This document shows, piece after piece, positions 1-10,457 of a stretch of 64,000 nucleotides of DNA. The stretch spans positions 86,568-150,567 of the forward strand of contig CAVZIW010000012.1 in the NCBI GenBank assembly GCA_963775465.1, read 5' to 3'. Within the stretch, counting starts at the first letter, position 1, and every line of letters begins with the position of its first letter. The DNA is from Candidatus Bathyarchaeota archaeon. GTDB taxonomy: Archaea; Thermoproteota; Bathyarchaeia; Bathyarchaeales; Bathycorpusculaceae. The position numbers were made by a program, and so were the translations under genes. Below the pieces are notes generated by a model, which saw only the letters and a program-made list of their open reading frames with translations, had not been told where the DNA came from and made no database searches.

Positions 1-361
1 ATCCGTATTCTATATGGGCGTGTATGTCTGTTCTAGAGAGATTAGTTCAGCGACCTACAAATAATCTACGGAAGAATATATGTGATTCTATTCTTTGCAT
101 GGGCAGGGCGTTTTAGTGGATAAAATAATATTTAATAGAGATGAACCACATTCAAAAAAACTTGTTGCTCTTCTCGGATAAAGCGTGTAGACGTGTGGAG
201 TTTTTTTCGTGTTTTTGATATTCTGATTTTAGGTTGTTTTTTGTGGTTAGCCGCTAAAATTGCTCCAAAGTGTGTTACAGCAAGTTTTTGTTTTAGAAAA
301 AGTTATAGCGTAGGTGGTCATTAAGCCATAACTAAAACAGATCTTTGGATGGTTATGTTTC

Positions 362-1448
362 GTGCCTGAAATTCGCGTAGCAATCGTTGGCGTTGGCAAC
401 AGCGCATCAGCCCTCGTCCAGGGAACCCAATACTATAAGAACTGCAAAAGAAGACGAAACCGTGCCTGGCTTGATGCATGTAAATTACGGTGGCTACCAT
501 ATTCGTGACATTCGTTTTGTTGCGGCTTTTGAAGTTAACAAGGATAAAATCGGCAAGGATCTCAGTGAAGCTATTTGGGTTAAGCCGAATTGTTGTGAAA
601 AGTTTGCTGATGTGCCCAACCTTGGGGTTACGGTTTCTGCAGCGCCTATCCTTGATGGTGTTGCGCCTCATATGCGGGAAACTTTCAACGTTTATGATGA
701 TTCTGCGACTTCCAAAGATATTGTTGTAAATATATTAAAAGAGTCAAAAGCTCAGGTTTTGGTTAACTATTTGCCTGTGGGTAGCCATGATGCCGTACGG
801 TATTATGCGCAGTGTGCCATCGATGCTGGTTGTGCTTTTGTTAATTGTATGCCAGAGTTTATCGGTTCAGATGCATCTAAAGAGTGGCCTGCAAAGTTTG
901 AGAAGGCAGGTTTGCCTGTTTTGGGTGATGATATTAAGAGTCAGGTCGGTGCGACTATTCTTCATCGGCAGCTTGTGCGTCTTTGTCTTGACCGGGGAGT
1001 GATTGTTGATGAGACCTATCAGCTAAATCTTGGCGGCGATACTGATTTTCAGAACATGACTGTTGAGAACCGTCTCAAGTCTAAGCGCATAAGCAAAACT
1101 GAGGCTGTAACTAGCCTTGTGCCGTATCCTTTGCCTACTCGTATTGGTCCGAGCGATTTTGTGCCGTTTCTTAAGAACAAGAAAATCTGTTACATCTCTC
1201 TTAAAGGACGCAAATTCGGCGATCGCCCCATAAACATCAGTGTAAAGCTTGAGGTTGAAGACTCACCTAACAGCGCTGGCGTGGTTATTGATCTTATTCG
1301 TGCGGCAAAGATTGCGTTGGATCGAAAGACTGCTGGTGCTCTTTTGAGTATGCCCTCTTATGCGTTTAAGCATCCGCCCATCCAGATTCCTGATTCTCAG
1401 GCTCGTCAGTGGACTGAGGATTGGATTGCGGGTAAACGTGAACGTTAA
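362..1448 (+). CDS. ino1: myo-inositol-1-phosphate synthase (apparent frameshift near 441)
   Basis: GTG at 362 gives MPEIRVAIVGVGNSASALVQG (Rossmann start), which joins the 387-1448 ORF frame near 441; motifs GDDIKSQVGAT, QLNLGGDTDF, LEVEDSPNSAG. Confidence 0.93.
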
Positions 1449-1522
1449 AATTCTTTTTTCTTCATGAAACCTTTTATTTTAGATTTTTGTTGGTTATTCA
1501 GTAACGTTAGAAGGTTTGTGTT

Positions 1523-1942
1523 ATGGTAAAAGTTGAAGCATACGAAGTTCCTGAAGGTCTTTATTTTTCCAAGGATTTTGAATGGGTAAAAATTGAAGGC
1601 GACAAGGTTCGGATCGGCATCACAGATTACGCGCAGAAATCTTTGCGCGAGATCGTCTACGCGGAGTTGCCAAGTGTTGGTTCGGATGTTAAGCAGGATG
1701 AGCCGTACGGCACTTTGGAGTCGGTAAAGGCTGTCTCAGATTTAGTTGCGCCGGTGAGTGGAACGATTCTGGAAGTTAACGATGAGGTTCAGTCAAAGCC
1801 TGAAACTTTAAACGAAGATCCGTTTGGGAAAGGTTGGTTGCTTGTTGTTAAGCCTTCGAATTTGCAGGCAGAGCTTGCTAACATCATGGATTTTGACAAT
1901 GCAGTCGAGTGGCATAAAGCTCAAGCAGCTGCAAAATGTTGA
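1523..1942 (+). CDS. gcvH: glycine cleavage system H protein (lipoyl carrier)
   Basis: GITDYAQ, ESVKAVS (lipoyl Lys), NEDPFGKGWL. Confidence 0.95.
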   Translation: MVKVEAYEVPEGLYFSKDFEWVKIEGDKVRIGITDYAQKSLREIVYAELPSVGSDVKQDEPYGTLESVKAVSDLVAPVSGTILEVNDEVQSKPETLNEDPFGKGWLLVVKPSNLQAELANIMDFDNAVEWHKAQAAAKC

Positions 1943-1956
1943 CCAGGGCGACTTAG

Positions 1957-3303
1957 ATGGTTAGACGCATAATCATCATAGGTGCTAACGCGTCGGGTGT
2001 TGAAGCTGCTTCCGCTGCCCGCAAGAAAGACCGTACTGCAGAAATCACCCTCATCACTCAGGAAGTAAATGCGGGTTACTCTCGTTGTGGTTTGCCTTTT
2101 GTTATCGGCGGAACCATATCTGCTTTTAGGGATTTGATTGTTTATCCTCCTGCTTATTTTCAGATGCTTAAGCTGAATTTGCGCACTGAAACCAAGGCTT
2201 TGGCAATTAACACTAAGGAAAAGACTGTGAATGTGCAGACTGCTGGAGGACCTGTGGAAACGTTGGCGTATGATGCTCTTGTGATTGCTACAGGCGCGGA
2301 TTCGTTTATGCCGCCTATCAAAGGTAGAGAAAAACCAGGTATTCTTTCCTTGCGTGACATTGAGGATGGCGAGAAGATTGATGCTGCTGTTAAGGCAGGC
2401 GCTAAATCTGCTGTAATTATGGGTGCTGGCCTGATCGGTTTAGAAGTGGGCGTCGGCTTGATGGAGCGTGGTTTGACTGTTACTATTGTTGAGTTGTTGC
2501 CGCAGATTTTGCCTCAGTTGTTGGATGCTGATATGGCAAAGATGGTTCAGGAGCATTTGGAATCCAAGGGTATGCGTATTCTTACTAGAAAGGGTGTTGA
2601 AGAATTCATTGGCGAGGAGAAGGTTACTGCGGTTATAGCTGGCGGGGAAAAGATTGAGGCTGACTTGTTTGTGAGCGCTTTTGGTGTGCGTGCAAACACA
2701 AGGCTTGCTGTTGAGGCTGGGATTGCGTTGGGTGAGTCTCGTGCTATCAAGACTAATGGCAGGATGGAAACTGAAGTTAGGGATGTTTACGCTGTTGGCG
2801 ACTGCGCTGAGGCGCCGAGTATAATTACTCATAAGCCTACGTGTGCGCAGCTTGGAACCATTGCTGTTAGGCAGGGTAAGGTTGCGGGGACAAACGCTGG
2901 AGGCGGCTACAGCCAGTTTAGCGGGGTTTTGGCTTCTGCTGTGACGATGTTATTTGAGATTCAAGCAGGCAATACTGGTTTAACTGAAACCGGTGCAGAA
3001 CGTAACCGCATCGAAGTTGTCACTGGAGCCATTAGCAGTAAGACCAGAGCTGATTATTTCCCAGGGGCTAAACCCATAAAAGTTAAGCTTGTGGTTGAAA
3101 AAGAAAGTCAACGTATAGTCGGTGGGCAGGTTATCGGTGGAGAAGAAGTTACTCAACGCATAAACTGTCTTAGTTTTGCCATCCAAAAAGGAATGACGGT
3201 TCGTGAACTATCCAAAGCAGACACTGCATATGCACCGCCTCTTTGCGAAACCTGGGAACCCATGGTTTTGGCTGCTGAACTGGTTTTGATGAAGCTGCGT
3301 TAA
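1957..3303 (+). CDS. FAD-dependent pyridine nucleotide-disulfide oxidoreductase (CoA-disulfide reductase / NADH oxidase family)
   Basis: IIGANASG, YSRCGLP (redox Cys), GAGLIGLE, YAVGDC, YAPP. Confidence 0.9.
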   Translation: MVRRIIIIGANASGVEAASAARKKDRTAEITLITQEVNAGYSRCGLPFVIGGTISAFRDLIVYPPAYFQMLKLNLRTETKALAINTKEKTVNVQTAGGPVETLAYDALVIATGADSFMPPIKGREKPGILSLRDIEDGEKIDAAVKAGAKSAVIMGAGLIGLEVGVGLMERGLTVTIVELLPQILPQLLDADMAKMVQEHLESKGMRILTRKGVEEFIGEEKVTAVIAGGEKIEADLFVSAFGVRANTRLAVEAGIALGESRAIKTNGRMETEVRDVYAVGDCAEAPSIITHKPTCAQLGTIAVRQGKVAGTNAGGGYSQFSGVLASAVTMLFEIQAGNTGLTETGAERNRIEVVTGAISSKTRADYFPGAKPIKVKLVVEKESQRIVGGQVIGGEEVTQRINCLSFAIQKGMTVRELSKADTAYAPPLCETWEPMVLAAELVLMKLR

Positions 3304-3362
3304 GCAGTTCCCCCTTTCCTTCTTTTTAGAAAAATTTAAGTTTTAAACGCTCTAATTCTTGG

Positions 3363-3932
3363 GTGGTGAAATTGTTGAATACATTGATTGTTTACGGCAC
3401 CCGATACGGTGCAACAGCTAACACCTCCGAGGAAATTTCGAAAATTCTTGCAGAAGAAGGCTTTACTGTTAAAGTTGCGAATGCAAAGAAAGAAAAAATT
3501 AAAGACATCTCACCCTATGAGCTTGTGATTGTTGGTAGTGGTATGCAGATGGGTAAATGGACTGGTGAAGCTCAGGATTTTTTGAAAAACTTCAAGGGCG
3601 AGCTTGGTTCAAAGAAGGTGGCGATTTTTGCTTCTACTATGAAGTCGGTTTCTGAACGGGAAGGAAAGCTGGAGGATTTGGAGAAAGCTCGGAAAATGAG
3701 CATTGATGATATTGTTACTAAGTATGGTTTGAATCCTGTCTCGACTGGGTTTTTTGGTGGGGTTTTGGATTTTAATAAGATGAATTTTGTGTTTCGGCGA
3801 ACGTTTGGTTTTATTCGGCCTCAGTTGGAGAAGGATGGCTTTAAAGAAAAGGAGCCTGGGGTTTATGATCTGCGTGATTTTGAGGAAATCCGCGTTTGGT
3901 CAAAGGAGCTTGCGGGTAAAGTTACGCAGTAG
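3363..3932 (+). CDS. flavodoxin-domain protein (HemG-like)
   Basis: LIVYGTRYGAT, VIVGSG, FGGVLD, DLRDFEEIRVW. Confidence 0.85.
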   Translation: MVKLLNTLIVYGTRYGATANTSEEISKILAEEGFTVKVANAKKEKIKDISPYELVIVGSGMQMGKWTGEAQDFLKNFKGELGSKKVAIFASTMKSVSEREGKLEDLEKARKMSIDDIVTKYGLNPVSTGFFGGVLDFNKMNFVFRRTFGFIRPQLEKDGFKEKEPGVYDLRDFEEIRVWSKELAGKVTQ

Positions 3933-3933
3933 T

Positions 3934-4403
3934 CTATTCTATTTTGGAGGTTCCTGGTTGAGTGAAAGGTTCTGTCATGCCGACGAGTAGTTTTCCAAAG
4001 GTGTTTATGTGGTCTTCTTCTTCAGCTAATATGTCTTCTAGTAGTCGTCTTGTTGTGTAGTCGCCTTCGCTTGCTGCTGCTTGAATTGCCTGTTTGTAGA
4101 GAGTTATGGCGTCTTCTTCGTCTTGTTCGTCTTGTTTTAGCATTTCGATGAGGCTTCCGCCGACAAAGATCGGGTCCGGTTTAGTTGTGGCTACGCCGTT
4201 TAGGTAGTCTAAGCGTTCAGCTAGGCGTTCGGCGTGTTTCATTTCGGCTATTGCTGTTTTTCGGAATATATCTTCTACTGTGGTGCCGTCTATTCCTGTA
4301 ACTTGCACGTGTTGCCACATGTATTGGATGCTGACTTGGAGTTCTCGGGCTATTGCTTTGTTTAAAAATTCAAAAGATTTTGTGAGGTTCTTTGAGATAA
4401 CAA
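3934..4403 (-). CDS. bacterioferritin / ferritin-like di-iron protein
   Basis: In-frame upstream extension LNKAIARELQVSIQYMWQH; EMKHAE and EEEDH di-iron motifs; the start near 4403 needs one indel in a T homopolymer. Confidence 0.85.
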
Positions 4404-4560
4404 AATAATCCCTGCATTAGATTAAATGAATTGGTATATAAATCAGATTAATGTTTTTTTTTGAATGCTGCTGGTTGAATGAGAGTTTTTTTGTGTTATT
4501 AGCGCAGGATTTTTATGCTGATTGTCTTAAAAGTTGTTTTGTTGGTGAATGTAGAGGAAG

Positions 4561-5115
4561 ATGTTCAAAATCGTAATCGTTGTGGTAGCAGCTTTGCTTG
4601 TTTCGTTGATAGTTGGGTTTGGTTTAGTGCTGTTTGATGTTTCGGGCGCTTTTGCCACTGGTACTGATAGTTTGCCCAATGATGCTGCTGTCGAGTCTGC
4701 CTTGGTTGTTTATGATCCTGGTTTGTCTGGTGGAGCTAAGGATGCTGCGACAAAGATTGGCTACAACCTGCAAACTGCTGGTTACTCTGTTGTCTTAGCT
4801 GGGGTAAGTAGTTCTGCTGCTGCTAACGTTTCTGGTTATGGTGTAGTTGTTGTGGGCGGTCCAATCTATGCAGGTCAGGCTTCCAGTTCGATAAAAGCAT
4901 ATTTGAATGAGCTGAACTTGGTTGCAGGCACTAAAGTTGGGGTTTTCGGTTTTGGAAGCGCTAGCATTGATGATTCTGATTTGGCGGTGGTTTTAAATGA
5001 AGTGGCGCCGCTTCCGAGTACGAGTTCAGTAACGATTAATGCGGCTGTAAAAATTGTTTCAGGCAGCAGTATGGATGAAAAATGTTCTGAGTTTGTAGTT
5101 GAATTGTTGAGTTAA
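4561..5115 (+). CDS. membrane-anchored flavodoxin-like protein
   Basis: N-terminal hydrophobic helix; ALVVYDPGLSG and VVVGGPIYAG flavodoxin-like motifs. Confidence 0.7.
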   Translation: MFKIVIVVVAALLVSLIVGFGLVLFDVSGAFATGTDSLPNDAAVESALVVYDPGLSGGAKDAATKIGYNLQTAGYSVVLAGVSSSAAANVSGYGVVVVGGPIYAGQASSSIKAYLNELNLVAGTKVGVFGFGSASIDDSDLAVVLNEVAPLPSTSSVTINAAVKIVSGSSMDEKCSEFVVELLS

Positions 5116-5796
5116 GTTTTGACTTAATTCAGTCTCAGTTTTTTCTGTTTGATTTGGTTGGGGTTTTTTCTTTCTGATTATTGGAAGGACAAACTCTACT
5201 ACTACGAGCAGGATTATCAGTGAAATGATGATTGGTAGGCCCCATTGGTTGCCTCTTAGGAAAAGGGTTACCCATCCGAACCATGGAATTCGCATGACAA
5301 CTTTGCCGATAACTAGGTTTTCTGGGACGCCTTGTCTTGTGCTCCAGAGTCTGTTTGAATCGTAATCGTCAGGTGAAGGTACAGCTGGCCATTTTTGACC
5401 GTTTCCGTCGCCTTTTGTTTGGAAATATAGGGTTCCGTCGATGTTTTCCACCGCCACTATTCGATGGACGATTGGGGTGTCTTGTGGTCTTGTTGGGTTT
5501 TGGTAGACGATTATGTCGCTGTTGGGGTAGTTGGTGTTTAGGTCTTTGGGGTCTATTTTTTGTATTACTATGATGTCGCCGACGTGCAGTGTTTGGTCGA
5601 AGGGGTGGCTCCAGCCGTCGCAGGCTCCGTCGTAGGGGACGCACATGCTGCCGCTTTCTACAACTCGAACTGGGACATCGGTGTTTAGCGCTATGCGTAG
5701 GCCGAAGAAGAATCCTAAAACTACTGCAATAACAACAGCGATGGCAACTGCCGATTTGAAATAGTCGTTTTTTGTGATCTTTGTGATGGCGTTCAA
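5059..5796 (-). CDS. archaeal signal peptidase I (S26, Sec11-like)
   Basis: VVESGSM, GDII, IVHRIV, TKGDGN, IGKV..IPWFG. Confidence 0.9.
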   Translation of the reverse strand: MNAITKITKNDYFKSAVAIAVVIAVVLGFFFGLRIALNTDVPVRVVESGSMCVPYDGACDGWSHPFDQTLHVGDIIVIQKIDPKDLNTNYPNSDIIVYQNPTRPQDTPIVHRIVAVENIDGTLYFQTKGDGNGQKWPAVPSPDDYDSNRLWSTRQGVPENLVIGKVVMRIPWFGWVTLFLRGNQWGLPIIISLIILLVVVEFVLPIIRKKKPQPNQTEKTETELSQNLTQQFNYKLRTFFIHTAA

Positions 5797-5904
5797 GTGC
5801 GTGCCTTCAATTGTTGACTCTGTAGTAGAAATTCATCAGGATTAATAAACTGCATTCCCAAGTGAGACAGCAAACAAGAAATATCTCTCTTCCAAGGTGT
5901 CTTT

Positions 5905-7128
5905 ATGGTCTGGGGCATACTTAAAACCAAACGGGCGCAAACAGTTTTCTTTCTGATTCTGTGCATCATGGGGTTTTTTGCCATCCTAAGTTCAACCATG
6001 TCTAAAAACCCTGTTCTAAAACCCTTTGCCGCAAGCCTTGGAACGCCCGATGATTTGCTGGGCATAGTTGCTTCAGCTTCAACAATACCGGGCATTTTGA
6101 TTAGTTTGCCTGCAGCGTCTTTATCTGATATCTTTGGCAGGCGTAAACTGCTGTTGTTTGCTGCTTTTGTTTTTGCTTCTGCACCTTTCTTGTATTTGGG
6201 GGTAAATTCTTGGTGGACGTTGGCGCTTGTGAGGTTTTATCATGGTTTTGCAACTGCGGTTTTTGTGCCTGTCGCTGAAGCGTCGATTGCGTTGTTGTTT
6301 CCTGAAAAACGTGGGGAACGTATGTCGTTGTTTAATTCGGCGACGGCTATGGGTAGGGCTTTGGCGCCTTTTTTGGGCGGATATTTGCTTTTTGCCACCA
6401 ATGAGAGTTTCTTTTCGCTTTATGTGGCGGTTGGGATTGCTGGTGTGACTTCTTTGGTGATTGGGGTTCTTTTTTTGGCGGAGAGAAAAACCACTGATGT
6501 GCAGTTGGTTTCTCAGGAGAGGTCTGCGCGGGGAATTTTTGGCGGCTGGCTAACAATTATCAAGAATACCCACGTTTTAGGTGTGAGTTTTGTTCAGGCG
6601 ATTCAGTACTATGTTTTTGGGGCAGTTGAATTCTTCTTGGTTGGTTACTTGACGGATGTTGTTGGTTTGAATCTGCTGTTGGTTGGAGCTATAACGGGTA
6701 GCGAAATAGTTGCGTTGGTAATTGCAAGACCATTAGCTGGCAGGGCGTCTGATAGGATAGGAAGAACTAAACCAATTTTATTTGGCATAGTGGCTAGTTG
6801 CGTGTTTGTTGGCGTTATTCCCTTTGTTTCAGATTTTTGGCTGCTGCTTTTTTTGGCGGTTGGCTACGGGGTTTCTTTTGCCACGGTGTTGTCTTCTACT
6901 TCGCCGTTGGTTTCTGATCTGGTTCCGGCAACGCTGGTTGGGGCTTCGATGGGTTTTCTTTCGACCACGATGGACATTGGGCAGACTTTGGGACCTATAG
7001 TTAGTGGTTTAATTTTTGCTAGTAGCCTGCGTTATTTGGGTTTGTTTTTGTCGCTTGTTTTGTTGTTGGCTGTTTCGGCTGTAGTTTTTGTTATCTCAAA
7101 GCGGTCTCATTCGGTTTCTGCTGGCTGA
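5905..7128 (+). CDS. MFS transporter
   Basis: ~12 TM segments; SDIFGRRK and SDRIGR motif A. Confidence 0.9.
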   Translation: MVWGILKTKRAQTVFFLILCIMGFFAILSSTMSKNPVLKPFAASLGTPDDLLGIVASASTIPGILISLPAASLSDIFGRRKLLLFAAFVFASAPFLYLGVNSWWTLALVRFYHGFATAVFVPVAEASIALLFPEKRGERMSLFNSATAMGRALAPFLGGYLLFATNESFFSLYVAVGIAGVTSLVIGVLFLAERKTTDVQLVSQERSARGIFGGWLTIIKNTHVLGVSFVQAIQYYVFGAVEFFLVGYLTDVVGLNLLLVGAITGSEIVALVIARPLAGRASDRIGRTKPILFGIVASCVFVGVIPFVSDFWLLLFLAVGYGVSFATVLSSTSPLVSDLVPATLVGASMGFLSTTMDIGQTLGPIVSGLIFASSLRYLGLFLSLVLLLAVSAVVFVISKRSHSVSAG

Positions 7129-7155
7129 TCTGTTTGTCTTTGTAGGAGTTTTCGT

Positions 7156-8478
7156 TTAGAATCCTAATTTTTTCTGCAGGGGCTTGATTAGTGGCGGCAA
7201 CGCGAGGCTGCAAATTATCAATACAAATGCTGCATTGTGGAATAAGATGAGATTGGTGTATACTGGTTCGGTGAATACGTTAAATCCGTAGTAAGTTACT
7301 GTGTCAACGCCGAAAGCCACAAACCCAGTCCACTTCTCCAAGAAAAGAATGCTCTCAAGAAGCGATGTGAAAAGTAGGGCAACTCCAAACCCAACCAGAC
7401 CAAGCCGGATGTAGAATTCTTTGGTTTTACGCTTAACTGACCCTAACAATAAGCTGGCTTTGTGGATCAAAGAAGCAGCGAGCAGACAGAAAAAGGGCAG
7501 CGCCACATAGTTGTATTTGAAAGCGCTAACGTAAGGCACTGTTAAATGGAACCCTAAAACAAAAACCAAATCCACAGCTACAACCGCTGCAATTGTTCCA
7601 ACGCAAATGGCATCCAGCCACAAGAATTTCTTTAGCGTTTTTCGATAAATGGCTGCGAGTGCCAGTGTGAGTAAACCAGCTGCAAACAAGAACCACCCTG
7701 CACTCTTAACAAAGATGATGGGCAAAAAGAGCAATGAAGGGTTTGCGACGAGTTCGGGATGTGTAAAGTCACTGCTGAAATACACTCCTAGAAAATTTTG
7801 GTTGGCAAAGCCTCCGAACCAAATTGCCTGCAGAATGATTGAGGGTGCAAGAAAAATCAATGCCTTTCGGATTGTGATTTTGAAGTTCCAGTCTTTGCGC
7901 AAGAAAATAATTAACAAGAGTGGAATTATCAGGAATATGGCGAAGAGTTTTGTCATGAAGGCAACTGCGAATAGGATTCCTGAGGTTAGGATGAGTTTTT
8001 CAGAGTTTTTCTTGACAGCTAAAATGCCCACAGTTAGGAATATTAGGCCAAAGAAGAGGAATTGGTTGTCGATTAGAAATATTCTTGAAATGTAGACATG
8101 CCATGGGACTAAGCCGAAGAGTGCTGCAGCCACCAGCCCTGTGCGTTTATCATAAAGCAGTGTTCCCAAAGCATAGAGGGCAAGTACAATTCCTAACCCA
8201 AACGCAGTTGCAATGCCAACCCCGTTAAGGTACGACAAACCCCAAACGTGAAAGATTGGTGCATCCATGTAGAAGCCAAGCGGCGGCTGATTAATCATAA
8301 GCCCCGTAGTGACAAAGGGAAAGCCTTTTGCGATTACGTTTGAGGCAGCTTCAAACTCGAGCTGCGAATCCCAGTTGAAATAGGTTCCAGTGGATATCAA
8401 AACCAGAAAAGAGGCAAGCAGAACTCCTACTATCGGGTAATGCTCGCTAAGATGTGTTTTGAGGTTTTTTGTTTCCAC
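7156..8478 (-). CDS. GT-C fold glycosyltransferase (family 39 / ArnT-like)
   Basis: Polytopic membrane protein; WDSQLE, NQPPLGFY, GLVAAAL, MTKLF; probable GTG start at 8478. Confidence 0.75.
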   Translation of the reverse strand: METKNLKTHLSEHYPIVGVLLASFLVLISTGTYFNWDSQLEFEAASNVIAKGFPFVTTGLMINQPPLGFYMDAPIFHVWGLSYLNGVGIATAFGLGIVLALYALGTLLYDKRTGLVAAALFGLVPWHVYISRIFLIDNQFLFFGLIFLTVGILAVKKNSEKLILTSGILFAVAFMTKLFAIFLIIPLLLIIFLRKDWNFKITIRKALIFLAPSIILQAIWFGGFANQNFLGVYFSSDFTHPELVANPSLLFLPIIFVKSAGWFLFAAGLLTLALAAIYRKTLKKFLWLDAICVGTIAAVVAVDLVFVLGFHLTVPYVSAFKYNYVALPFFCLLAASLIHKASLLLGSVKRKTKEFYIRLGLVGFGVALLFTSLLESILFLEKWTGFVAFGVDTVTYYGFNVFTEPVYTNLILFHNAAFVLIICSLALPPLIKPLQKKLGF

Positions 8479-8588
8479 TTGGTTGCCTCGTATATCATAC
8501 TTGTGATGTTTTGTTTTTAAAAACTTGTTAACTTTCCTTCTGCAGAAAATTTTAAAGCAATCGCATATGTATTTTGCTCTGAGCACAA

Positions 8589-8915
8589 ATGGCTGGCAGA
8601 AAACTGTTTGTTTATCCCGTCGTGGTTTGGATGGTACTTAACATTTTAATCATGACTCTTTCGTTGCTTGGTGGCGATACGGCCGATCTAAACAACTACA
8701 TAGAAATCGTCTTGTGGGTCGGCTCCATCGTAGGCCTCTTGTCGAGACGTAAGTGGGGTTTTGCCTTTGCCATTTTTACGTTGAGCTACACCTTGAGCAC
8801 AAGCGTTGGCATCGTCATCTACTACGGCATCTGGATAAACGCCATCCGAGTAATCATAAACATCCCCATAATCATCTACCTGTTTAGAGAACTCTTTGAA
8901 GGCAAAACCAAGTAG
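8589..8915 (+). CDS. small membrane protein (about 4 TM)
   Basis: 108 aa hydrophobic ORF with ATG start. Confidence 0.7.
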   Translation: MAGRKLFVYPVVVWMVLNILIMTLSLLGGDTADLNNYIEIVLWVGSIVGLLSRRKWGFAFAIFTLSYTLSTSVGIVIYYGIWINAIRVIINIPIIIYLFRELFEGKTK

Positions 8916-9393
8916 CTGCAAAGTCACCTGCTTTTTATGGTAAGTTGCATAATTTTGGGTTTAATTTTAAAAGATGCAACAGTTAAAATTCAAAACAATG
9001 TTGCAGCAGCATCAGCAGCATCTTCTCGCGCACCGTTTGCTAAAGAAATGAGGAAACAACGAATTCGCATAGCTTTGCACTGAGCTAAAAGTAAAAAATT
9101 ACCACGAAACTCGTTGACTAATTTTTGCGGCGGTTTAATGTGGTCCATCTCACTTACTGTAGTTACTGCAGGTTTGTCAACTCTTTTTTTATTCACTAGT
9201 CTATGCTGATTTTTTTATTTTTAGAAATATGTGGATATTTGTGTTATCTGTGGTGACTTCGATGGCAATGTTTTTTGTTCTCTTAATTGGTGTCGTTTTT
9301 GACCAATTTGCTAGGATTAGAAAGGTTTTGTTTGGTTTTAGGATTTTTGCAGTTCGCGGAAGGTTTCGGGAGGCTTGCCAAGAATAGTAGGTC

Positions 9394-9545
9394 TCAACAG
9401 CCGGCACTAGGTTGTTTTTTGTGGTAGATCAGCAAACCGGCAACTACCAGGGCAACTGCTGCGACCAAAACAGCGGCAACAAGTGTGTTTGTGAAAGGCT
9501 CTATTTGTGGCGGTTCTGCACCAGTATTAATCTTGGGACCATACG
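9394..9545 (-). pseudogene. orphan C-terminal membrane anchor of a surface protein
   Basis: Reads NTGAEPPQIEPFTNTLVAAVLVAAVALVVAGLLIYHKKQPSAGC*, an EPF-TM-basic tail with no upstream gene body. Confidence 0.55.
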
Positions 9546-9833
9546 GGGGAAAGGGGGAGAATTATTGTTAATGATCGTCTCTTCTTTCCCATAAAAAAAA
9601 TTATTGAAGCAAGTTGTTTAAAGGGGTTTTCGTCAAGATTTCTTGACTACCTCTGGAAAACACTAAGTCAAACTTTATTGACTAAAGTATAAATTGAATC
9701 GCTGAACCTTCATTAGTTTACATTTTATCGGAAACTAATCTATCCTTCAAACACTGGTTTAAATGAGTACTTGTTGGTAAGGTTTTGCTGAGATGTGATT
9801 TGGATGGTTGTTTGGGAAACGTTTAAGTGAGTT

Positions 9834-9851
9834 GTAAACAGTACTGTTTAC
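9834..9851. promoter_or_regulatory. palindromic operator of the RHH-RelE TA operon
   Basis: Perfect 18 bp palindrome GTAAACAGTACTGTTTAC between a TTTAAG TATA-like box and the GTG at 9853. Confidence 0.7.
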
Positions 9852-9852
9852 G

Positions 9853-10083
9853 GTGGCTTATTTGGCTCAAGTACAACTCCGACTTCCACAAAAAACCCTC
9901 GAAGAGATAGATGGATGGGTAGCGGAAGGTCGCTTCAAAAACCGAAGCGACGCCATAAAATCAATCATAACCTACTACCAAGAACGGGAAAAAACCTGCA
10001 ACTTCTTCAACACACTCCTAAAGAGAAGCGAAGAAGCAAAACAGCACCCAGAATCTCTCGTCCCAATAGAGGAACTTGAGTGA
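9853..10083 (+). CDS. ribbon-helix-helix (CopG/MetJ) antitoxin
   Basis: VQLRLP..LEEID..V.EGRFKNRSDAIK; overlaps the toxin start. Confidence 0.85.
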   Translation: MAYLAQVQLRLPQKTLEEIDGWVAEGRFKNRSDAIKSIITYYQEREKTCNFFNTLLKRSEEAKQHPESLVPIEELE

Positions 10084-10349
10084 TCTTCAAGGTACTTCTG
10101 CATCCTAATGCAGCAAAAGAACTCCAAAAAACCCAAAAACATATCCAAGCCAGAATAGTTGAGAGCGCAAAACAACTACGTGAAAACCCCGACAGAATCG
10201 GAAAACCCTTAAAGCAATCAGATTTCTGGAGCCTAAGAGTAGGCGATTACCGAGTCATCTACGAGATAGACCAAAATAAAAAACAAGCAGTCATTCTTTT
10301 TGTTGGCCACAGAAGCAAAGTGTACGATGATTTCTCGAAAATGCTCTGA
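10080..10349 (+). CDS. relE: RelE/ParE family toxin
   Basis: WSLRVGDYRVIYEI...VGHRSKVY. Confidence 0.9.
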   Translation: MIFKVLLHPNAAKELQKTQKHIQARIVESAKQLRENPDRIGKPLKQSDFWSLRVGDYRVIYEIDQNKKQAVILFVGHRSKVYDDFSKML

Positions 10350-10457
10350 CATTTAGTAAAATTTCTTAAACCTTCCTTGATCGGTTATGTTTTTTATTGG
10401 TAGACCCGCAAGCCAGCAACTACACTGACTGTTGCCTCTGCGAGAATGACCGCAAAG

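Noticed and set aside
362-450. Frameshift in ino1 as programmed frameshifting or true pseudogenisation
   Set aside because: No slippery site is evident, and similar single-base indels affect the ferritin, nurA, herA and ATPase genes; consensus error is the simpler explanation
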